A DNA stretch of 63,638 bases, filler included. It is 6 parts of 6 records of this genome, joined end to end, with 100 filler letters (N's around TTAATTAATTAA, not from the genome) between each part and the next. Parts side by side here need not be neighbours in the genome. Positions count along the whole stretch, not along the records: positions 1 to 7,492 come from DRR378314_2274; positions 7,593 to 30,578 come from DRR378314_2275; 4 more parts are not named here. One strand, given 5' to 3'. Position numbers and translations under genes: made by a program. Position 1 is the stretch's first letter, and every line of letters starts with the position of its first letter. The notes beneath the pieces were generated by a model. That model ran no database searches. It worked only from the letters and a program-made list of their open reading frames with translations, and was not told the DNA's origin. Of this stretch, positions 1 through 10,600 are shown one piece after another.

Positions 1-243
1 CAGGCGCATCAGGCGTTCCATTTCCTGAACTGCAGATGCCGGAGCATCGGAGCGCAGGAAGGCATAGTGGCCCTTGCGGTTTTTGTTGATCTTGTAGGCC
101 ATCGTCTTGACGCCCCAGTACTCGTTGTCGACCAGCTTACCGCCATTGTCGGACAGCACAGCACCGAAGTGTTCGATGAGGCCTTCAGCTTGCGAGTTGG
201 ACAGGTCCTGACGCGCAATCATGACATGCTCATAGAGTGGCAT
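1..243 (-). CDS. rpsF: 30S ribosomal protein S6 (3' end runs off the window)
   Basis: Hand translation MPLYEHVMIARQDLSNSQAEGLIEHF...EYWGVKTMAYKINKNRKGHYAFL; AGGAG RBS upstream; absent from the ORF track because it has no stop in the window. Confidence 0.96.
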   Translation of the reverse strand, partial: MPLYEHVMIARQDLSNSQAEGLIEHFGAVLSDNGGKLVDNEYWGVKTMAYKINKNRKGHYAFLRSDAPASAVQEMERLMRL

Positions 244-490
244 GCGAACTCCTGTTTGTGTCTGGGCGCATTTCATAGGCAGGGCATAATCGCCTTCCGT
301 TGCCCCACCACGAGAGTCTGCGCGGATCAAAGTGATACGGAAGGAGGCCTCGCTTTAGACGGCTTTCCTCAAAAGCGCAACCCACCGCAGCGCGTCTGTG
401 AGGGATGGGCGCAGGAGGAGGTAAACAGCCCGGGCCAAGTGTTTCCCAATGCGTGCCACACTACAGCCCCATTCCCGGAAGAATAACGTG

Positions 491-507
491 GTTAACAAAA
501 CGTTAAC
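491..507. promoter_or_regulatory. CtrA-binding full site
   Basis: GTTAA-CAAAACG-TTAAC matches TTAA-N7-TTAAC and is symmetric; 45 nt before the ORF at 553 in an alphaproteobacterial contig. Confidence 0.7.
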
Positions 508-552
508 AATGCCTGGAGGGCCTGACCAAAGGCGCCTGGACCAACTGAGGAT

Positions 553-1095
553 GTGACTGACATGACCGCGATCAATCAGAACTTTGCCGATTTCTCCCAT
601 GGCGCGCGTCCAGTGCAACCCTCGCTGGGGCGGGGTGCGGCGCAATCCCAGGTCAACATTCGTCCCGGCGGGTCGGTGTCCGCCATGCTGTTGCGTCTGC
701 TCGGCGGTTGCATGGTTTTGGCTTCCATCGGTATCTGGCTCGCGCCAGAGGCCGGTGCCGACCCGCAGCTGGCATTGGTGCGCATGGGGATTACGGTCTT
801 CTTGATGTTCCTTGGTCTGTGCCTGCTGCTGCAGCGTGAGACCACCGATCAGCCGGAATTTCAGTTCGATGCGCAGCGCGGCGAAATGCGGATCGAAGAG
901 ATCCGCGCCGACGGTCGGCCCGTGGTCGTGATGCGCCGCAGCTATCGCTCTTTGGGGGCTGCGCGGTTCAGCGACAAAACTCTGCAAATCATCGAGACCA
1001 ATGGCACGATTTTGCTCGAATTGCCGCTGGAAGGGCGCGCCACCCGCAGGTTGTTGATGTCGCAGATCCGCCCGCATCTGCCTATTCTCGATTGA
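553..1095 (+). CDS. Hypothetical membrane protein with two TM segments
   Basis: 180-aa ORF with two hydrophobic helices followed by a soluble domain; GAGG near the start; exact start codon uncertain. Confidence 0.7.
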   Translation: MTDMTAINQNFADFSHGARPVQPSLGRGAAQSQVNIRPGGSVSAMLLRLLGGCMVLASIGIWLAPEAGADPQLALVRMGITVFLMFLGLCLLLQRETTDQPEFQFDAQRGEMRIEEIRADGRPVVVMRRSYRSLGAARFSDKTLQIIETNGTILLELPLEGRATRRLLMSQIRPHLPILD

Positions 1096-1350
1096 TCAAC
1101 AGCATCTGGGGGCGACAGAGGCAGGCAACCTCCTGAACTCTGACCCACGGCGCCTGACATTCACGTGAACAGCGGCCAATCCGGGGGGATTTGTCGCGTT
1201 CGCGTGTGTAGGTGTGCAAGCACTGTGAAAAGAACCGCAGGGTCGGGTGTTCATATACCAACACCCGATGTTGGGTTTTGCGGACTAGCTGACGCCAACC
1301 GCATGGCCGACATTATGACCATGAAAACCACGACTTTGGAGTCCAAGCCC

Positions 1351-1926
1351 ATGAAAAAGATCCTTCTTGCTGCTGCGCTGATCGGTACTGCCGCGACCTC
1401 TGCTTTCGCCGCACCAGAGAAATACACTCTGGACTCGAGCCACAGCCAGATCCTCTTCAACTATAACCACCTTGGCTATTCGACCTCCTACGGTATGTTC
1501 TCCGGTTTCGAAGGCGAGATCATGTTCGACCAGGAAGACCCGGCGAACTCCTCCGTCACCGTATCCATGCCGGCAAACTCCATGCTGACCGGGTGGGAAG
1601 CACGCTTCAACCACTTCATGTCCGATGATTTCTTTGGCGCCACCGATGATGAGATGGTCACCTTCACCTCCACCGGCATCGAAGTGACCGGCGACGACAC
1701 CGCCCTGATCACCGGCGATCTGACCCTGAATGGCGTGACCAAGTCGGTCGTCCTCGACGCCAAGCTGAACCAGGCGGGTGAGCACCCGATGGCGAAAAAA
1801 CCATGGGCCGGCTTTGACGCAACCACCACGTTGGTGCGGTCCGAGTATGAGCTGGGCCAGTTTGCCCCCTACGTCAGCGATGAGGTCGAAGTGCATATCT
1901 CCGTCGAGGCGATGAAGGCCGAATAA
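1351..1926 (+). CDS. YceI family periplasmic lipid/polyisoprenoid-binding protein
   Basis: Signal peptide MKKILLAAALIG..AFA; YTLDSSHSQILF, GDLTLNGVTK and GFDATTTLVRSEY motifs; GGAG RBS. Confidence 0.92.
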   Translation: MKKILLAAALIGTAATSAFAAPEKYTLDSSHSQILFNYNHLGYSTSYGMFSGFEGEIMFDQEDPANSSVTVSMPANSMLTGWEARFNHFMSDDFFGATDDEMVTFTSTGIEVTGDDTALITGDLTLNGVTKSVVLDAKLNQAGEHPMAKKPWAGFDATTTLVRSEYELGQFAPYVSDEVEVHISVEAMKAE

Positions 1927-1957
1927 GCCGCGCCTGAGCCTTCAAAACGACTGAGAG

Positions 1958-1992
1958 TGCCACCGGTGCCAGCGCGCGCCGGTGGCATTTTT
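1958..1992 (+). terminator. Rho-independent terminator after the yceI-like gene
   Basis: TGCCACCGG...CCGGTGGCA stem followed by TTTTT. Confidence 0.75.
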
Positions 1993-2085
1993 GTATGCTG
2001 CGCAATCCTTTGATTGACATCAACGAGCGCTGCAGAGCATCTGGCCCGCAGGACTTCCCCTTGGAAATATCTGTCAGGTCTGCCC

Positions 2086-2871
2086 ATGCCGCGTTCTCTT
2101 GCCAAGGTCACTGACCACCTGATCCTGATCCTCGGCTGCGTCGTGATGGTCGGGCCGGTTGCGTTGCTGCTGGTGGATCTGCTGTCTACACCGAACCTCT
2201 GGCCGCAGTTCCAGGCCCTGTTTGGAGCCGATGGGGTGCTGGGATATGATGTCAGCCTCTGGCGCATGCTGGGCAATTCTGTGCTGCTTGCGCTTGGGGT
2301 GGCGACATTGGCCTGCACCCTGTCCCTGCTGGCGGGGTTTGCGCTGGTGTTCTTCCCGCTGCCGGGGCGGGAGTGGATCTTTGGTTTGATGGTGCTGGCG
2401 ATGTTTTTTCCCATTGAGACACGCATCCTGCCGAGCTTTGCGGTGGTGCATCAGCTGGGGCTGCTGAACAGTCATGCCGGGATGGTGCTGCCCATCGTTG
2501 CCAGTGGCTTTGGCGTGCTGGTGTTCCGCCAATTTCTGCGACAGGTGCCCAAGGAGTTGATCGAGGCCGCACGTCTGGACGGGGCCCACCCGATGCGCTG
2601 CCTGCGGGATATTATTCTGCCGATCTCTGCTCCGATGATTGCGGCGCTGTTTGCGATCTTCTTTGTGCTGGGCTGGAATCAATATGTCTGGCCGTTGATG
2701 CTGTCGACCACCCGGCAGGACATGGTGACGGTCGTCAGCGGCGTTGTGCGGGCCGGGCCAGATGCGGTGCAAGGGCAGGTGCTGGCGCTTCTGGCGATGC
2801 TGCCACCGGGGCTGGTGATCCTGCTGTCCCAACGCTGGCTGATGCGCGGACTGACCAGCGGTATCCACTGA
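2086..2871 (+). CDS. Carbohydrate/glycerol-3-phosphate-type ABC permease (UgpE/MalG-like)
   Basis: EAA loop ELIEAARLDGA, WNQYVWPL motif, multiple TM helices. Confidence 0.85.
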   Translation: MPRSLAKVTDHLILILGCVVMVGPVALLLVDLLSTPNLWPQFQALFGADGVLGYDVSLWRMLGNSVLLALGVATLACTLSLLAGFALVFFPLPGREWIFGLMVLAMFFPIETRILPSFAVVHQLGLLNSHAGMVLPIVASGFGVLVFRQFLRQVPKELIEAARLDGAHPMRCLRDIILPISAPMIAALFAIFFVLGWNQYVWPLMLSTTRQDMVTVVSGVVRAGPDAVQGQVLALLAMLPPGLVILLSQRWLMRGLTSGIH

Positions 2872-2965
2872 TCGCGTCCCGGCGACAGGTCGCGGTGGGA
2901 TCCTGCGGATGCGTGGCATTTTGCGAAAAACTGACTCTTTTCATGCGCATTTTGCCGAGGCGCCG

Positions 2966-2981
2966 TTAAACCATCGTTAGC
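2966..2981. promoter_or_regulatory. Near-consensus CtrA site
   Basis: TTAA-ACCATCG-TTAGC, one mismatch to TTAA-N7-TTAAC, about 60 nt upstream of ATG 3040. Confidence 0.4.
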
Positions 2982-3039
2982 CCATGTCGTGAAACGTGAA
3001 CGCGCATCCCTTCCGTGCCAGCCGTTCAGGAGCCAGCCC

Positions 3040-3825
3040 ATGTCTAACCCCTCTCGTATCGTCGCCGCCCTTGCCTTTGCCCTCACCACCCAGCTGCCCG
3101 CCATGGCCAGCGCCGAGGATCTGACCATCCTTGCCGGGGACCTGCCACCGATGTTCAACGCCGATGGCACCGGACGCGAAGCGGAGGTCATCACGACGGT
3201 GATGGAGCGCTGCGGGCATAGCGTGACCTTTGAGATCCAGCCGTTCACCCGCCATTGGAAGACCTATGCCAATGGCAAGGGCGACGGAGTTGCCACTGTC
3301 CCGCTCGGCATGCCGCTGGACGGTCACCAGAGCGAGGTCTACATCCAGTATCAGAACGGCGTGTCATCCCTGACCGAGGCCAGCGCCTCCTATGCGGATC
3401 TCGGCGCGCTTTCGGGGCAGTCGGTCATCGCTTTCATGGGCGCGTCTGAGATTCTGCCGGGGCTGAAGGACGCGGTGCCCAGCTTCAAGAGCTACAAGGA
3501 AGTCGCGGATCAGATCGGCCAGAGCCGGATGATCTTTGGCAAGCGCGTGAACGCGGTGATCGGTGACGGCATGATCTTTGCCGAATACAATCGCCAGCTG
3601 CGCGACCAGGCCGACGACCTGATGTTCGATCCCAATCAGGGCGTGACCTTTCAGGCGATCTTTGCGCCCTCCGATTATGGCATGAATTTCCGCTCCGAGG
3701 CGCTGACGGCGGATTTCAACCGCTGCTACAGCGAGGCCAGCGCCGATGGCACCATTGATGCGATCAACAAGAAATGGGCGGATCAGTATCGCGATACGCT
3801 GGGGACACAGTACCTCGGTCACTGA
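3040..3825 (+). CDS. Periplasmic substrate-binding protein (family 3-like)
   Basis: Signal peptide, DLPPM, RVNAVIGD and C-terminal DGTIDAINKKW; AGGAG RBS. Confidence 0.82.
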   Translation: MSNPSRIVAALAFALTTQLPAMASAEDLTILAGDLPPMFNADGTGREAEVITTVMERCGHSVTFEIQPFTRHWKTYANGKGDGVATVPLGMPLDGHQSEVYIQYQNGVSSLTEASASYADLGALSGQSVIAFMGASEILPGLKDAVPSFKSYKEVADQIGQSRMIFGKRVNAVIGDGMIFAEYNRQLRDQADDLMFDPNQGVTFQAIFAPSDYGMNFRSEALTADFNRCYSEASADGTIDAINKKWADQYRDTLGTQYLGH

Positions 3826-3857
3826 TCCCGCAGCGCGGACGTGAACCTGCAGACATG

Positions 3858-3899
3858 AAAAAAGCCGCCGCGCCTGATCCCGGGCGCGGCGGCTTTGTT
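3858..3899. terminator. Bidirectional terminator between convergent genes
   Basis: AAAAAAGCCGCCGCGCC...GGCGCGGCGGCTTT. Confidence 0.85.
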
Positions 3900-3916
3900 G
3901 TATCCCAGCAGGACGG

Positions 3917-5149
3917 TCACTCGGCGCGGGTTGCGATCAGCTCCACCGTGATATCAACGCCAAAGCCCAGCGTGCCGTCGTCCTGCGTGCCGGTGCCGAC
4001 GTTGAAGTCCAGCCGGTTGACTTCGGTGCGACCGCTCATGGTGGCCGTGTCGCCTTCGATCTCCAGCGTGAAGGGCAGGGTGGTGGGCACTGATTGGTCG
4101 CGGATGGTGAGCGTGCCTTGCGCCTCGTAGCTTGTGCCCTCGATCTGCACGATGTCGGCCGCAAACACCGCGGATGGGTAGGCTTCCGCACCGAAGTAAT
4201 CAGCCCCCATGGCCTGATCCGTGACAGATCCCAGCGTCAGCGACGGAATGGCGATCGTCACCTCCACATCACCGGCAGGGCCGGGCGCGTCGGGCTCGGC
4301 GAAGGTGATATTGGCGCTCCAGTCTGCAAAGCTGCCGCTCACGGCGCTGCCCATCTGCACGACCTCGATGCCGAGGGTGCCGCTTTGGACCGCCCAGCCA
4401 GAGCCCTCGGCGGTCTGACTTGCGATCGGCGCGGCAGGTTCCGCGGCGCTGTGTGAGCGCACAAACAGCGCCGTGCTGCCGCCGATCACCATGGTCCACA
4501 CCAGCACAGCGGTGACGAAGGGCAGAACCGAGTGCGTCTGCGCCGGGGGCTCCGGCATGGCGCGCTCTCCGGGCAGCATCCGCAGAAGGGTGCTGTCCTT
4601 GTCGATCACATGGTGTTTCAGCGCGCCGGCCACATGGGCGAGGATCGACGCCCCCAGCAGCAACATGGCATAATAATGTATGCTGGCGAACATTTCCGAC
4701 AGCAGCTCGGATTTCGGCACCATCGGCAGGTTTTGCCCGAACGGCCACCAGATCGGGGCAAACCCGTCCGTCGCGGCGTGGTGGATCCAGCCTGACAGGG
4801 GCACGATCACCATCGCACAATAGAGCACCCAATGCGCGGTCTCTGCCGCCCAGGCCTCCAGCTTGCGATCCGGGTGCAGGAGGCGCGGTTTCTCCTGGGT
4901 GATTGCCCACAGAATGCGCAGCAGCGCCGTGAAGAACACCGTGACGCCAATGGTCTTATGCAGGGAAAATAGCAGTTTGGCGCGATCTATCGTGGCTTGG
5001 GAGCCGTCGAACTCCGGGCCCTGAATTGTATGGGCGAGAGAGTTGGCGAAATACCCAAGGGGAAAGGCGGTGAGGATCAGCAAGGCAGTCAGCCAGTGAA
5101 AGCTCTTGCTGACAGAGCCATAACTCTGGTGGGTGTTGAGACGGGACAT
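3917..5149 (-). CDS. Cytochrome b561-YceI fusion protein
   Basis: Haem-ligand motifs FHWLTA, LHKTIG and HVAGALKHH; C-terminal YceI domain (GTLTIRD, VNRLDFNVG). Confidence 0.9.
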   Translation of the reverse strand: MSRLNTHQSYGSVSKSFHWLTALLILTAFPLGYFANSLAHTIQGPEFDGSQATIDRAKLLFSLHKTIGVTVFFTALLRILWAITQEKPRLLHPDRKLEAWAAETAHWVLYCAMVIVPLSGWIHHAATDGFAPIWWPFGQNLPMVPKSELLSEMFASIHYYAMLLLGASILAHVAGALKHHVIDKDSTLLRMLPGERAMPEPPAQTHSVLPFVTAVLVWTMVIGGSTALFVRSHSAAEPAAPIASQTAEGSGWAVQSGTLGIEVVQMGSAVSGSFADWSANITFAEPDAPGPAGDVEVTIAIPSLTLGSVTDQAMGADYFGAEAYPSAVFAADIVQIEGTSYEAQGTLTIRDQSVPTTLPFTLEIEGDTATMSGRTEVNRLDFNVGTGTQDDGTLGFGVDITVELIATRAE

Positions 5150-5397
5150 GGGACATCGGTCCTTACTGGGGCTAGCGTTGGTTCCAACCTAGCAACACAG
5201 GAGGTAGGCGCAATCATCAGTAGTATTCGCTCATGCACAGGTGATCTGCGCCCGTGAGTCCACGAGCGCGTCCACGCGTGCGGCTGGCGCTGTGGAATTG
5301 TCCACAGCCGCGTGGATTTCACCGAACCCAATGCTTGTGTGCCCGTTCCGCCCCGTTTAAACCAACGCAGAAGACAGTTTTTTGAATGAGGACAGCC

Positions 5398-6333
5398 ATG
5401 TCGATCGCTTTCGTATTCCCCGGACAGGGCGCACAGACCATCGGAATGGGACAGGCGCTGGCCGAGGCCTATCCGGCTGCCAAAGCCGTTTTTGACGAGG
5501 TGGACGACGCCCTGGGCGAACGTCTGAGCACGCTGATCTGGGAGGGCGAGATCGAAGCCCTGACCCTGACTCAGAACGCGCAGCCCGCACTGATGGCAAC
5601 CTCCATGGCCGCGATGCGCGCGCTTGAGGCTGAGGGTGTTTCCATCGACAAGGCGAGTTTTGTGGCCGGTCACAGCTTGGGCGAATATTCTGCCCTGGCG
5701 GCCGCCGGTTCGCTGAGCATTGCCGACACGGCCCGCCTGCTGCGCACCCGTGGCCAGGCCATGCAAAGCGCCGTTCCAGTGGGCGTTGGCGCCATGGCGG
5801 CGCTCTTGGGGTTGGACTTTGAGACGGTGAAAGCCGTCGCCGCCGAGGCCGCCGCCGAGGGCGAGGTGGTGCAGGCCGCCAACGACAATGACCCCACGCA
5901 GGTCGTGGTCTCCGGTCACAAGGCCGCTGTGGAGCGCGCCGCCGAGATCGCCAAGGAGAAAGGCGCCAAACGCGCAGTGATGCTGCCGGTCTCAGCACCG
6001 TTCCACTGCGCCCTGATGCAGCCCGCCGCCGATGTGATGGCCGAAGCGCTTGCGGGCGTTGAAATCAAGGCGCCTGCGGTGCCTCTGATCGCCAATGTGC
6101 GCGCCGATGCGGTCACGGATCCCGACACCATCCGCCAGCTTCTGGTGGAGCAGGTCACCGGATCCGTGCGCTGGCGCGAGAGCGTGCAGGCGATGGCCGC
6201 CAAGGGCGTCACAGAGTTCTGGGAGATCGGCGCGGGCAAGGCGCTGTCTGGCATGATCCGCAAGATCGACCGCGCCTTGGTCTCAAAACAGGTTGGCACC
6301 GACGCCGACGTCAAAGCCGTGACCGGCGCATAA
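5398..6333 (+). CDS. fabD: Malonyl-CoA-ACP transacylase
   Basis: FPGQGAQ, GHSLGEY and VSAPFH motifs. Confidence 0.97.
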   Translation: MSIAFVFPGQGAQTIGMGQALAEAYPAAKAVFDEVDDALGERLSTLIWEGEIEALTLTQNAQPALMATSMAAMRALEAEGVSIDKASFVAGHSLGEYSALAAAGSLSIADTARLLRTRGQAMQSAVPVGVGAMAALLGLDFETVKAVAAEAAAEGEVVQAANDNDPTQVVVSGHKAAVERAAEIAKEKGAKRAVMLPVSAPFHCALMQPAADVMAEALAGVEIKAPAVPLIANVRADAVTDPDTIRQLLVEQVTGSVRWRESVQAMAAKGVTEFWEIGAGKALSGMIRKIDRALVSKQVGTDADVKAVTGA

Positions 6334-6353
6334 TCCATAAGGAAGAGACAGAT

Positions 6354-7091
6354 ATGTTTGATCTGACAGGTAAGAACGCGCTGATCACAGGCGCATCCGG
6401 TGGCATCGGTGGCGACATTGCGCGCGCTCTCCACGCAGCGGGTGCGACTGTTGCGCTGTCCGGCACCCGGCCCGACCCGCTGCACGCGCTGGCCGAGGAG
6501 CTTGGCGAACGGGCGCATGTGGTGACCTGCAACCTCTCCGATGCCGAGGCGGTTGAGGCATTGCCGAAACAGGCCGCTGAGGTGATGGGCTCTGTTGATA
6601 TTCTGGTGAACAATGCCGGTATCACCAAGGACAACCTTTTCATGCGCATGAAAGACGAGGAATGGCAGAGCGTGCTGGACGTGAACCTGACCGCCACCAT
6701 GCGTCTGTGCCGCGGCGTGTTGCGCGGCATGATGAAGGCGCGCTGGGGCCGCATCGTCAATATCTCTTCCATCGTCGGCGCCACCGGCAATCCGGGGCAG
6801 GGCAACTACGCCGCCGCCAAGGCGGGCATGGTCGGCATGTCGAAATCGCTGGCCTATGAGGTGGCTAACCGCGGCATCACCGTGAACGCCGTGGCGCCGG
6901 GCTTTATCGCGACCGCGATGACCGACAAGTTGAATGACACGCAGAAGGACGCGATCCTGACGCAAATCCCCGCCGGCCGGATGGGAGATTCGAAAGAAAT
7001 CGCCGCCGCCGTGCTGTATCTGGCTTCTGCAGAGGCCGCCTATGTGACCGGCACAACGCTGCATGTGAACGGTGGCATGGCGATGATCTGA
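6354..7091 (+). CDS. fabG: 3-oxoacyl-ACP reductase
   Basis: TGASGGIG, NNAGIT and YAAAK motifs; follows fabD. Confidence 0.97.
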   Translation: MFDLTGKNALITGASGGIGGDIARALHAAGATVALSGTRPDPLHALAEELGERAHVVTCNLSDAEAVEALPKQAAEVMGSVDILVNNAGITKDNLFMRMKDEEWQSVLDVNLTATMRLCRGVLRGMMKARWGRIVNISSIVGATGNPGQGNYAAAKAGMVGMSKSLAYEVANRGITVNAVAPGFIATAMTDKLNDTQKDAILTQIPAGRMGDSKEIAAAVLYLASAEAAYVTGTTLHVNGGMAMI

Positions 7092-7473
7092 TCCGATCCG
7101 CGTTGACCTTTGGGAAAGCCGTGTGGGGAACCGCGCGGCTTTTCCCATTCTTTCAGTCACTTGAGTGATTAAGCTCCGCTAACCCGGGCCAAGCGCTCGC
7201 TTATGCTGCGCGGCAGAATTCGAGGCCGTCCGCGCGGCCATTTCCAGGTTGAAATGCTGCGCCTGCAACGGCGCTTTACGGGTTGGAAATGATTTGCGTT
7301 GGCTTGCGTCTGTGCTATAGGCCCCCCATCTTCGTGTTGGCTGGCACCTTGCTTAGCCATCACGCCCCCGTTTCCGGATGGGGACCCCACCGCCCGCTTG
7401 GGCAAAACCAACCCTCCCGAGTGGGTAAGGGCAGAACCGGGCATCATGCCCTGATAAAAAACGAGGAATAGAC

Positions 7474-7492
7474 ATGAGCGACGTCGCAGATC
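7474..7492 (+). CDS. acpP: Acyl carrier protein, first codons only (cut by contig end)
   Basis: GAGG RBS then MSDVAD; fabD-fabG-acpP gene order. Confidence 0.75.
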
Positions 7493-7592
7493 NNNNNNNN
7501 NNNNNNNNNNNNNNNNNNNNNNNNNNNNNNNNNNNNTTAATTAATTAANNNNNNNNNNNNNNNNNNNNNNNNNNNNNNNNNNNNNNNNNNNN
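7493..7592. other. Artificial contig spacer
   Basis: 44 N + TTAATTAATTAA (stops in all six frames) + 44 N. Confidence 0.99.
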
Positions 7593-7670
7593 CAGGCTAT
7601 TTCCCAATACAAGCGCGGATAACAGCGGAGAAAAAACGCCACTTGTGAGCGCAAGCATGGTAGACCGTAC

Positions 7671-10600
7671 CTCGAAGGCTTCGCGCTCGCGTGTTTCCTC
7701 GCGAATGCGGCGCGCGTTTTCGTCATCGAACCCTTCGCCGACGGCGTCGCTTTCGCTGTCCTCGTCGTCCTCATCACCGTCATCACCAGATGCATCTGTT
7801 GAGATGTTTTCACCGTCATAACACCCCAGGCATGACATATGCCATTGTAACGGATACGTATGAGTCAACGCACGAAAAAAAAATCTGCTGGATCGCACAT
7901 GCGCACACGATCCAAGCCTGTGTCCCGTGTGCGCTCCGAATTCACACGTCCTGCCTGCGCAAATCGGCAAGCTGTACAAATTAAAACTTCATACGCTCGC
8001 GCATGGCAGTGTACCGCCATAAAACACATGATGCTACCCATGCAATGCTACCTCGCTAGGCACTCTCATCGTAGATACAAACTGCTCACACGCGAAGGAG
8101 AAAGAGCAAAGTAGGACGCGAACCGCAGACTTCAAGAGCAAAGCCCTTTCCCCTCTCCCTACCGTGATGTCGCGGCAACATATGTCTGCAAGAACGGACC
8201 TGGCTTTGACGCAGAGGCCGCTTCTAGCGCCTTTGCTTCTGCGCGTCGCTTTTCCGCGTCAGAGATGGAACGCGACGGCGCGGCCTTTGGCAGAGCCGCG
8301 CCCTCGACGGCAGCCGCAACGCGGAGCGCGCCGAGCCAGAGCCCCGACTCGTCGCTGGCAAGATCAATCTGCGGAGGATACTGCAGATTCAGGCTGATAA
8401 AACGCATCCGACAAAGCACCAAAGAGCGGACGACAGGTGTGAGGATACTTCCAATCAACATACATTGAGATGCATACAAAAAATAAGACTGCTCGTCAGG
8501 AACGGATCTCAGAGGAAAGAGAGCACAATAGGGATGAACGATCCTCCGTGTGGATAGTATGCGATCACCACTGGAGCGGGAGAGAGGGAGCAAGTCGGAA
8601 TACCATACCTGCGGTACAGTTTGAGATTGATAAAATGCAAGAATGTTTCGTAAAACTCGAGGAACGAGCTCATGACACGAAAATCGACATCCTGTACGTT
8701 GCAACACGAGCAACATGGGAGCAGGAATACGTGAGATACAACGGTACCAACGAAGACGCATACAACGAGCACTTGCGCACAACGCATTGCTTACAGTGCA
8801 AAATTTAGCGCGGGGAGGGGGGGGTTGCACGATCCTGCGACCTATCCGCTTGCATCGCCAGCGATCAACTGTATATCGACAGTGTATTTTCGTGTTCATA
8901 CCGTGGGAGGCTGATGAGCGTAGTTGTATGTTGTGAGCCATGTTACTGGTTGACCCAACACATCAGCCTGATAGTATATCCCTTTAATCGAAAGGAAGAC
9001 TTTGCGAAGACCCTGTGGAGGACCAGAGAGGTGCGTACGACACGTAAAACAAAGCACGTAGTGCACTAGGCATGGTAAGGCACACAATTTAATTGCGGCG
9101 TCCAAAAGGCGTCGAAAGCGGGCACTTTGGACGATGAGCCTTGCACAACAATCTCACGTGCTTGCTCTCTTCCTTACGCTTCTGAGACGACTCGGTTCGC
9201 GCGCTGCTAAGCTACGAGATTAGATGCGCAGATCGGCAAAATCAACCGATTCCATACGCGCAAATACGACTGACCTTGGAACGGATAACGTAGTGCTGGA
9301 ATTCGCGACAGAGCCTTCGGCAATTTTCGATTCGCTGTGCGGGGACTGTGTGCGAGGCTGGCATATGCGCGAAAGTATGAACAAGAGTCAACGCGTCGTC
9401 CATGTCACGCACAGCGTCGATAAATGTCGGATATCTTTCCTAAACAGTACAGTACAACAATGACAGGCGGTAATATCACAGGTTCAGACATAGGTGAGGA
9501 GATGCAAGATGTTTTGTCATCACAGCGCGGTTTCCCGTGCGTACAGCGTTTGCGAGAATCCGAGCCTCCGCACGTGCAACAAAAAAGAAAAGAAGAAAAT
9601 TGCAATGCATCCTAACCCGCCACTTGAACGAACCTTGACAACATGCAAAAGCGTGATCTTCGGTCGTGAGGACTTGTCGATATCACGCGCAAGGTCGGTC
9701 TGGCCGCGACCGATGAGTTTGCGCACCCGCTACAGCGTAGGTACCACAACCCAACGGCAAAGAGCATGTCCTGGCGACGTCAGCAAGAGAACGGCGCTGC
9801 ATCCACCGCCTCAATATCCACGATATTCCTAGCAAAAACAGCTGTAATTTAACATTGGTAGTCATGGACGTTAATTGTTCCAGGCAAAGCGAGCGCACTT
9901 CCTCCGGCGGCAAGCACGCAGCCCGTACACAGCGAGCGCAGCATGGGCTGTGGCCTCGGCGTGCTGCGTGCTTGCCACGGTTGCCTTGGAGCGCCGTTCA
10001 AAACGACGTTCTTTTGCAGTGTGTGCTCGCATAAGCTCCCCGTGGCACGTAAGTGTACACGTACCTTCAAATGAGACTTGAGTTGCCGGAACTTGTCCAC
10101 AATTGGCTCATGGGAAAGAAACTACGCACAGCAAGTATTGTCAGCGGGCGCAGCATGCGCGGCAGTCAGGTTCCTGAGCTTCCAGAAAACAGAGGCTTGT
10201 GCCGAACCCAGGTCGTCAACAAGGCGCGGCACTGCTGTACTGTGCACGCAATAGATGAACCCACTGTTAAATCTAATTCAAGAGTGATGAAAGATTGCTA
10301 GTGGAAAAGCGGTTTCAGGAGCCCGTTCCCAACGTGCACCATGTCAGCGCGACGCCTGCAGTGCAGGCAGCCGTGGCGCGGGCAAAAACGCTGCGGCACC
10401 GCCAGCCCTGCCGCAAGTACAGTGCTCTTCCCCGACGCTCAGCAAGTTCTCTCTCTCCCTCCCTTTCTCCATTTTCGCCGTCCGGATACACAAAGGTGAA
10501 ATGTATCCTACTAGATGATTGTGACAGAGGAGCAAGGAAAGGCGCGGAACTACACGTGATCGCATCTGAAGGCTGAAGCAAACAGCGTGGTGCTGCGGAG

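Noticed and set aside
7537-7548. Repeated TTAATTAATTAA as a biological repeat or CRISPR-like element
   Set aside because: Always centred in 88 N; a six-frame stop linker used to join contigs
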